Source: Leptolyngbya sp. FACHB-321
GTDB lineage: Bacteria; Cyanobacteriota; Cyanobacteriia; Leptolyngbyales; Leptolyngbyaceae
Direction of reading: 5' to 3'
Length of the DNA stretch: 32,000 bases
NCBI RefSeq assembly: GCF_014695975.1
Contig: NZ_JACJPI010000082.1
Span: 56,568 to 88,567, forward strand
Position 1 is the first letter of the stretch. Each line of letters opens with the position of its first letter. A program made the position numbers and the translations under genes. The notes below the pieces were generated by a model. The model saw only the letters and a program-made list of their open reading frames with translations, ran no database searches and had not been told where the DNA came from. Of the stretch, positions 8,801 to 13,853 are shown in pieces.

Positions 8801-9050
8801 GGACACCAACGGCAAGCCCATTGCTACCCTCCAAGGCCATCAAGGGCTTGTCGATAGCGTGGTGTTCAGCCCCGATGGTCAGCAACTCGCTACCCATGGC
8901 GAAGACGGCACACCACGCCTGTGGCAAGTAGGGGCAATCGATGAGCTGCTCTCAAAAGAATGTGATTGGGTGCGAGATTATCTGAAAAATAGCCCCAATG
9001 TTGCCGAGGGCGATCGGCATCTTTGCGATGGTATTGGTAGCCAAAAGTAA
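5808..9050 (+). CDS. NLR-like STAND NTPase (nSTAND/NACHT-type P-loop) - TM helix - 11 WD40 repeats (module 1)
   Basis: Start is GTG 5808 or ATG 5814. The N-terminal motif is DVYGVAGDNRGTIIQNF. Leader SPYLGLEKFAPDDKDKFFGRE; Walker A LLLLGASGSGKSSL; Walker B LIFIDQFEELFT. A hydrophobic helix ITVGSSIFAGLMATAAIFSAI precedes eleven 41-aa WD40 units (GHQG.V..V.FSPDGQQLAT.G.DGTARLWDTNG.P.A.L.). Confidence 0.92.
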   Translation: MGMSDEGAANSVHAKDVYGVAGDNRGTIIQNFVSQEAEVKIQSRPLIKGSPYLGLEKFAPDDKDKFFGREQWITALSHALLAENHNVLLLLGASGSGKSSLIGAGLIPKLKDDWGAFKNLTFVPDENPFQSLHSCLSSLYGQAKAKIAQPDAQMHKAGTLVRVVEALKQEQQWLIFIDQFEELFTRTPETERHRFVRELVQLIQASQQDNSLKIVLTMRADFLDRLSPYPALGLLHDRRSRMLTDMSDGELTLAIKEPAARNGVVFEPGLIEAIIADYRAGAGSLPLLQYTLDLLWQNDDVSDRVLNRQTYENLGGVTGALQTQANKIYGELDEKQQEAVKKIFFELIDLANDQPVSRRTPKALFCDGGTQQTVLETLIEKRLLVSRGEGQQATIEVAHEALLRTWEVLQQLIQDRKDIIILRGQLIADAKLWRARRAESEQTARGDLWSGWKLDRVLDLQTKQVLDRLDPDIQAFVEASHTWRDHQAQKDRQIARRITVGSSIFAGLMATAAIFSAIQARQAEIEQIQTFVALSTAKLANDQTLEAGIESIRAGKALQRSFWQQSFWSAFLPDSRLRLPVLRQLQQMANTGQERQRLEGHQGLVSRVLFSPDGQQLATSGYDGTARLWDTNGKPLATLQGHQGPVLNVVFSPDGKQLATSGVDGTARLWDTNGKPLATLQGHQGFVSSVVFSPDGQQLATSGYDGTARLWDTNGQPLATLKGHQGRVSSVVFSPDGQQLATSGDDGTARLWDTNGKPIAALKAHQGFVSSVVFSPDGQQLATSGEDGTTRLWDTNGQPIATLQGHQGTVWSVVFSPDGQQLATSGADGTARLWDTNGQPIATLQGHQGLVDSVVFSPDGQQLATHGEDGTTRLWNTNGQPIAALKGQQGRVSSVVFSPDGQQLATHGEDGTPRLWDTNGQPIAALKGHQGRVSSVLFSPDGQQLATSGEDGTARLWDTNGKPIATLKGHQGRVSSVLFSPDGQQLATSGEDGTARLWDTNGKPIATLQGHQGLVDSVVFSPDGQQLATHGEDGTPRLWQVGAIDELLSKECDWVRDYLKNSPNVAEGDRHLCDGIGSQK
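7605..8930 (+). repeat. 11 tandem 123-bp coding repeats (WD40 units), near-identical at the DNA level
   Basis: Unit starts fall at 7605 + n*123. Units 9 (8589-8711) and 10 (8712-8834) differ at a single nucleotide by my reading. Confidence 0.92.
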
Positions 9051-9310
9051 CAATTGTCAGGGGCCAATTGTTAGGGGTCAGTTGATGGGAGCAATGAGGG
9101 CGATCTGTGTGGGGAAGTAAGTGTGATCATCCAGATGTCAAAGCCGCATACTGCTGTCACCTGAAGGGTGTGTAGATCAAAGCAAGACTAGAGGGAGTGA
9201 TCGCGTTGGTTAGTTGCAACCCGGAGCAACGGTGCCACGAAGGCATCGGGGATGCAGCCGCTGAAAACAGGCAAAAGCGCCTCTGTACTACCCTCTTTCC
9301 ACCAAAAAGT

Positions 9311-9328
9311 AGTCCAGGTTTAGTCCAG
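9311..9328. repeat. left copy of an 18-bp inverted repeat pair
   Basis: agtccaggtttagtccag. The reverse complement of 10488-10505 is agtccagctttagtccaa (16/18 match). Each copy is itself AGTCCA-N5-AGTCCA. Confidence 0.7.
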
Positions 9329-9545
9329 AGCCACTAGTACACCCTCAAAAGCGGTTGCGGTACGACCACTCGCAGTCCGCTCCCGGTGCCTCATTGTCTC
9401 TTGGTCGAGACAGCCTAACAGCCACAGGCGATCGCCGCGCTGCTGCGGCTTCAGCACCCTTCTCGACGCCCTGCCCTGGCACCACTTGCCCGCTGGCAAG
9501 TTATATAATTGCCTCTGGTAGCCGCTGCGCTTCAAGGGGACCGAC

Positions 9546-9908
9546 ATGGAAGCACCAAACCGACCCAACAACGCTGATCCGCTGCTGTTTCGCTACGTCG
9601 CTACGGCTGAAGAGAGCAACCAACCCTCGATTACCGTGGTGCTCAGTGTTCAGGGCGCACTCATCGGCGGGCAGATCATCAGCGCGGCGCTTTATGCTGA
9701 GGCGCTGAAACCTGGCGCTAACGTCAAAGACGCTGCCACGGTGTTTGCGCTGCTGCAGCAAGACATCCTCGCCGAAAGAGGACGGTACATTCACCTGCAA
9801 AACCCTTGGGTTGTTTCGGTTGCGGGTCAGATTCCCTTTAATCCTGGGACCGTTTGGCGGTGCCGATTAGACGCGGTCGACGGCTTCTTCTTCGGACCAG
9901 TCCGGTAG
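9546..9908 (+). CDS. hypothetical protein, GvpU-like
   Basis: AAGGGGA lies 6 nt upstream of the ATG. …ITVVLSVQGALIGGQIISAALYAEAL… and …YIHLQNPWVV…VWRCRLDAVDGFFFG resemble the GvpU pattern as I remember it (…ISLNVNGAVISGTMIS…, FIHLKN…FWRGKIAEVDGFFLG). No other gas-vesicle genes are present. Confidence 0.55.
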   Translation: MEAPNRPNNADPLLFRYVATAEESNQPSITVVLSVQGALIGGQIISAALYAEALKPGANVKDAATVFALLQQDILAERGRYIHLQNPWVVSVAGQIPFNPGTVWRCRLDAVDGFFFGPVR

Positions 9909-10243
9909 AGACCGGTTGAGCCTGCCAGGGCTCACACTGGCACCAGTGCTTAGGCAGACGAGCGCTTGGGGGGTGCGTTGTGATCCGTCAAGCCAGACGA
10001 AGTGAGTGCCGCGGCCTTGCGTCCAGCGGGAAGCTGAAGCTCAGCGTTGAGTCGTTTGAGCTTCAAACCCCAAGCGACTCCAGTGATCACTGCACTTCCG
10101 CCTACGGTTTGCCGTGAGATCAGTAGCGTAAGCTGCTCGATGCCTACTGCCCTTTAACGAATGGGTGTCATCTGCTACTTCTCAAACGTCCTCTTACCTT
10201 GCATGTGAGACAGAATCTAAAGCGGGAGGAAAAGGAGTTGGAC

Positions 10244-10471
10244 ATGAATTTATCGCCGGTCTACGAGCAATGGAAAGCTGAAACTTTAGAAGCAGGTGAG
10301 CGACGCGCCACTGAAGGGCTACTAGTGGCACGGTTTGGTCCACTCGATGAAGTGCTGACCCAGATTGTGCCAAACCTAGTAGCCTTGCCTCCCGTTGATC
10401 GGGCACGACTCATCCTCAACCTGTCCCGCACTGAACTCATCGAACAGTTCGAGCACAAACTGTCACATTGA
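10244..10471 (+). CDS. DUF4351-like small protein (C-terminal module of Rpn-family PD-(D/E)XK transposase-like proteins)
   Basis: GGAGGAAAAGGAG lies upstream of ATG 10244. MNLSPVYEQWKAETLEAGERRATEGLLVARFGPLDEVLTQIV…LSRTELIEQF fits the LSP.Y..W..ET…RFG…L pattern. The listed TTG 10199 start is less likely. Confidence 0.55.
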   Translation: MNLSPVYEQWKAETLEAGERRATEGLLVARFGPLDEVLTQIVPNLVALPPVDRARLILNLSRTELIEQFEHKLSH

Positions 10472-10487
10472 GTGCTTCAGACCAGAG

Positions 10488-10505
10488 TTGGACTAAAGCT
10501 GGACT
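10488..10505. repeat. right copy of the 18-bp inverted repeat pair
   Basis: ttggactaaagctggact, inverted relative to 9311-9328. It lies 17 bp after the DUF4351 stop. Confidence 0.7.
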
Positions 10506-10707
10506 GATTTAACCGTTTCTCAACCTTGAGCGATCACTGAAAGCCTGATGCTTCCGTGGGGCAACTGGCACACTCCCAACGGTAGCATCGCACTTTGAGG
10601 CGGGGTGTTTGCGATCAGGAGCAACATACCCAAAGACTCCTTGCGCGGTACACGCCATGCCTTCCCAGTCTGGAGACTGGTCGGGCGAGACAAAACCAGC
10701 TTCCTAT

Positions 10708-10737
10708 TTGGCATTGCTTAGAGAAGCTTCGTAGAAT
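10708..10737 (+). promoter_or_regulatory. candidate sigma70-type promoter for Bell-like ORF 2
   Basis: TTGGCA (10708-10713), 18-nt spacer, TAGAAT (10732-10737), about 40 nt upstream of ATG 10776. Called by pattern only. Confidence 0.3.
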
Positions 10738-10775
10738 AATGGGGCTTAGAACTGCCCTTTCCCAACCAAACTGCT

Positions 10776-11210
10776 ATGGAACCGCTCTCAACTGCCGCTA
10801 TTGCTGTAGCTACGCTCATCCTCAAGAAAGCCTTGGAAAAGACTGGCGAAAAGCTAGGCGAGGCGGTTAGTCATCAGGCAGCAGAGCTATTGCAGCTGAT
10901 TCAACGGAAAAACTTACCCCAGAGCAAAGCCATTGCCCAAGCAGACCAGCCGATCGACGCGGGACGAGCTGTACTGGAACTGGACACCGCTACGAAAAGT
11001 GACCCAGAACTTGCACAAAGCGTGGCAAACTTAGCGGGAGCGGTGCAAGCCGAGCCCGCCTTAGCAGCGGCCATGCCTGCTTATGCGGCGGCTTTACAAA
11101 CAGCCCCACCATCAACCACTCAGAACTTTGGCAAACTGGCTGAAAGCCTGCCAGCCCTAAAGAACGTGTTTCAGGGCAATACCTTCAATGCCCCAGTGAC
11201 GTTCAACTGA
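10776..11210 (+). CDS. small helical Bell/HeLo-like protein (module 2), ends at an in-frame TGA
   Basis: MEPLSTAAIAVATLILKKALEKTGEKLGE…, helical and Ala-rich, with tail …TTQNFGKLAESLPALKNVFQGNTFNAPVTFN. It is a clear paralogue of ORF 13395-13769 (MEPLSFTAAAIATLVFSETFKEVGKTLGK…NVYNAPVTI…). Confidence 0.72.
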   Translation: MEPLSTAAIAVATLILKKALEKTGEKLGEAVSHQAAELLQLIQRKNLPQSKAIAQADQPIDAGRAVLELDTATKSDPELAQSVANLAGAVQAEPALAAAMPAYAAALQTAPPSTTQNFGKLAESLPALKNVFQGNTFNAPVTFN

Positions 11211-11309
11211 CTGGAGTCGCCCGTACAGGCACGGGTCAAGTCACCCCCCCTCACACGACAGGAATATCAGAATCGTCAAGCCCTGCTGACCAAGGTAAAA
11301 AACTTTTGG

Positions 11310-13091
11310 GTGAAGGGGGTGCTCGAACAGTCGCTCCATGAGCAGGTGCTTATGACATTGGGACTCGAAGAGAGACCCGCAGCCGTTGCACGTCCCTGGA
11401 ATTTGTTGCTGGAGACAGGTGGACAAGCGCCAAGAACACTACCGGCTGGCACAACCGTTGTCTCTCTCTTTGACCAAATTGGCACTGGTCGCACTTTACT
11501 GATTCTGGGGGAACCCGGTTCAGGCAAAACCATTGCCCTACTCCAACTAGCGCGTGACCTCATCGCTCGTGCTGAACAGGAGGTTGAGCATCTCATCCCT
11601 GTTGTGCTCAACCTCTCTACCTGGGCACCCAATCGGCGTAAGGGACAGGCAGCAGCGTTGCTGCCCCTGAATGCTTGGCTCGTGGAGGAGTTAAGCAGTA
11701 AATACCAGGTGCCCAAGCAAGTGGGTGAAACCTGGATCAAACGGCAACAACTCCTGCTGCTGCTTGACGGCTTGGACGAAGTACGAGCAGAACTTCGTAA
11801 TGCTTGCGTTGACGCCCTCAATGCTTTTCAACAAGAGAACTCGGCAGAAATGGTAGTCTGTTGCCGCCGCCAGGAGTATGAGTTGCTTCATAGTCGCTTG
11901 CGTTGCCAGACGGCTCTTTACCTTCAAGCTTTGACACTCCAGCAAAGCCAGTCCTACCTCAACCAGTTGACCGCTGACTTAACCGGGTTGAAGCGCTTAT
12001 TGACGACTGACGCAGCACTGCAAGCACTCGCGCAGTCTCCCCTATGGCTCAATATCATGGTGCTGGCCTATCAAGGTGTGGCGCTGACCGACCGACCTGA
12101 GACGCAGGCGATCGAAGCGAAGCAGCAACAACTCTTCAATACTTACATCAGGCGTATGCTTACACATAGGGGGCAGGCTATGCCGTACTCGCCCTTCCGC
12201 ACACTGGGCTGGTTAATCTGGTTAGCGCAACAAATGGTACGGGAGTCTCAGACCGTCTTTCTCCTTGAGACCATGCAGCCGCTTTGGTTACAACAGGGTA
12301 GGGCGAAGCATTTCTATCGCGTGGGCACCCTGTTGTTTGTTGGGCTGTTTGTTGGGCTGTTTGTTGGGCTGTTTCTTGGGCTGATTTTTGGGCTGTTTGC
12401 TGGGCTAGTTGGTGGGCTGTCTTTTGGATTGATTGCTGGGTTGGTTGCTGTGTCATCTGGGGAAAAAATTGAACCTGTTGAGAAACTGACATGGTCATGG
12501 AAAAAGGCTAGAGAGGAGCTGCCTAGGGGGCTGCTTTTTGGGCTAGGTGGTTTGCTAGTTGGTTGGCTAGTTGGTTTGCTGGCTGGTTTGCTAGTTGGCT
12601 TGCTGGTTGGGGGGCTGTCGGTCACTAAAATCGAGGTAACAACAAAACCAAATCAAGGTATGTGGAACTCAGCAAAAAACGCTGTACTTGCTGGGCTAGT
12701 TGTTGGGCTGTTTGTTGGGCTGTTTCTTGGGCTGATTTTTGGGCTGTTTGCTGGGCCGATTTTTGGGCCGATTTTTGGGCTGTCTAATGTGTTTGTTGGG
12801 CTGTTTCTTGGGCTGTTTGTTGGGCTGTTTCTTGGGCTGTTTGTTGGGCTGATTTTTGGGCTGTTTGTTGGGCTGAACTATGGCGGTAGAGTTTGTATCC
12901 AGCATTTCACCTTGCGCCTCATTCTTTGTCGGCACGGGTACATGCCCTGGAACTATGCTCGTTTTCTCGACAAAGCAGTCGAACACCTTTTCCTGCAAAA
13001 AGTTGGCGGTGGCTATATTTTCATCCATCGGCTGTTGCTGGAACACTTTGCCGCTATGACCGACGAGCAGGTCAGAGAACTTCTCAACTGA
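11310..13091 (+). CDS. NACHT-family STAND NTPase with a C-terminal Gly/Leu-rich polytopic membrane region (module 2). Listed from GTG 11310, but the conserved leader extends in frame back to 11211
   Basis: Walker A LLILGEPGSGKTIALLQLA; Walker B LLLLLDGLDEV; …VVCCRRQEY…. The C-terminus has about 6 hydrophobic segments of (GLxx)n, then …GGGYIFIHRLLLEHFAAM. The upstream in-frame codons 11211-11309 encode LESPVQARVKSPPLTRQEYQNRQALLTKVKNFW, typical of pre-NACHT leaders, with no ATG/GTG/TTG. Confidence 0.85.
   Translation: MKGVLEQSLHEQVLMTLGLEERPAAVARPWNLLLETGGQAPRTLPAGTTVVSLFDQIGTGRTLLILGEPGSGKTIALLQLARDLIARAEQEVEHLIPVVLNLSTWAPNRRKGQAAALLPLNAWLVEELSSKYQVPKQVGETWIKRQQLLLLLDGLDEVRAELRNACVDALNAFQQENSAEMVVCCRRQEYELLHSRLRCQTALYLQALTLQQSQSYLNQLTADLTGLKRLLTTDAALQALAQSPLWLNIMVLAYQGVALTDRPETQAIEAKQQQLFNTYIRRMLTHRGQAMPYSPFRTLGWLIWLAQQMVRESQTVFLLETMQPLWLQQGRAKHFYRVGTLLFVGLFVGLFVGLFLGLIFGLFAGLVGGLSFGLIAGLVAVSSGEKIEPVEKLTWSWKKAREELPRGLLFGLGGLLVGWLVGLLAGLLVGLLVGGLSVTKIEVTTKPNQGMWNSAKNAVLAGLVVGLFVGLFLGLIFGLFAGPIFGPIFGLSNVFVGLFLGLFVGLFLGLFVGLIFGLFVGLNYGGRVCIQHFTLRLILCRHGYMPWNYARFLDKAVEHLFLQKVGGGYIFIHRLLLEHFAAMTDEQVRELLN
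12334..12876 (+). repeat. three blocks of 12-nt-periodic coding repeats (gggctgtttgtt-like; GLFV/GLFL/GLIF)
   Basis: gttgggctgtttgttgggctgtttcttgggctgatttttgggctgtttgctgggc occurs almost identically near 12340-12400 and 12700-12760. Confidence 0.85.
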
Positions 13092-13302
13092 CTGAGCTAA
13101 TGTGCAAGACACGGCTCTGAGCGTCTTCGTCAACCGCAGACCAAGCGCTTTCCTTGATCGGCCACTGGTTGGCACAATTGCGCCGTAAGCAGCGCTCCTG
13201 CTTCTGAGCCTCGCTGCGATCGATGCTCTCAAACTCAACTTGGTTAAAGCTTTCCAGCTCATCTTGCACTTTTTGTCGTATGCCAGCTTCACGCCTGCTC
13301 AA
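13084..13302 (-). CDS. doubtful small ORF (72 aa), possibly a DUF29-like fragment
   Basis: TTG start, convergent with the NACHT gene and overlapping its stop by 8 nt. …QDELESFNQVEFESIDRSEAQKQERCLRR… weakly recalls the DUF29 …NLIEEIESLGRSEKR… motif. A decayed paralogous copy lies at 16441-16520. Confidence 0.25.
   Translation of the reverse strand: MSRREAGIRQKVQDELESFNQVEFESIDRSEAQKQERCLRRNCANQWPIKESAWSAVDEDAQSRVLHISSVS
13204..13281 (-). repeat. about 80-bp repeat, copy A (inverted relative to copy B)
   Basis: The reverse complement atacgacaaaaagtgcaagatgagctggaaagctttaaccaagttgagtttgagagcatcgatcgcagcgaggctcag is roughly four-fifths identical by eye to 16441-16520. Confidence 0.7.
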
Positions 13303-13394
13303 AGCGGGTCGTGTTCTTTCTCAAATCTGCTGTTTTGCGGAACCACTGACATTCTTGGAGTAGAAAGAAGCAGTCTCTACTTGGAGTACTGCTA

Positions 13395-13769
13395 ATGGAA
13401 CCGCTCTCATTCACTGCCGCCGCGATCGCAACCCTCGTTTTTAGTGAAACGTTCAAGGAAGTTGGCAAAACGTTAGGGAAAGGCACCCTGGAGACGGGTG
13501 GAAAACTCGCTACTTTGCTGTGGAAAAAGCGACCAGGGGCGGCCAAAGCGCTGCAAGCTGGGGAAGCAGCGCCGGAATATAAGGACGCGATCGTCGAAGT
13601 AGAAACCTTAGCTGTAAACGATGCCGAAATTCAGGAGGCAATCGCGGCAGTGGTGCAAGCCTTGCAAGCTCAGCCGCAGGGACAGCAGATCGTCAATTCC
13701 TTCGTGCAGAAAGCAGCGAATGTGTATAACGCTCCGGTGACAATCGAGAAGCAAGACATTAACTTTTGA
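13395..13769 (+). CDS. small helical Bell/HeLo-like protein (module 3), ends at an in-frame TGA
   Basis: MEPLSFTAAAIATLVFSETFKEVGKTLGKGTLE…, helical, with tail …QQIVNSFVQKAANVYNAPVTIEKQDINF. It is a paralogue of ORF 10776-11210. Confidence 0.72.
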   Translation: MEPLSFTAAAIATLVFSETFKEVGKTLGKGTLETGGKLATLLWKKRPGAAKALQAGEAAPEYKDAIVEVETLAVNDAEIQEAIAAVVQALQAQPQGQQIVNSFVQKAANVYNAPVTIEKQDINF

Positions 13770-13853
13770 CTGCCGTCGTCGGCTTCCGGCTCCGACCAAG
13801 TAACGCCGTTCTATGACATTCCCTATCGGTCGTCTGCAAACTTTGTCGGACGG

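Noticed and set aside
7560-8931. Long ORFs on both strands (455 aa on the minus strand, 437 aa in an alternative plus frame) across the WD40 region
   Set aside because: They are repetitive low-complexity translations of the 123-bp repeat in wrong frames. The WD40 frame has clear motifs and continuity with the NTPase domain.
9051-9090. Short tandem CAATTGTCAGGGGC / CAATTGTTAGGGGT / CAGTTGATGGGAG repeats right after the WD40-NLR stop
   Set aside because: There are only about three degenerate copies and no hairpin or T tract. I could not assign a function, so I did not call a feature.
9320-9800. Overlapping ORFs (83, 117 and 99 aa) upstream of and antisense to the GvpU-like gene
   Set aside because: They are Arg/Ala/Ser-rich GC-frame artefacts that overlap one another and the better ORF 9546-9908.
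12178-13292. Minus-strand ORFs (106, 103 and 198 aa) rich in PTSKP/QPKN repeats
   Set aside because: They are antisense artefacts of the 12-nt GLxx coding repeats in the NACHT gene.
11208-13769. Selenocysteine (or another programmed amino acid) at the two in-frame TGAs
   Set aside because: I see no convincing SECIS-like stem-loop, only 5-bp GC hairpins, and no sel genes in the window. Sec use is not expected for this gene type. I kept it as a remote alternative under the readthrough finding.
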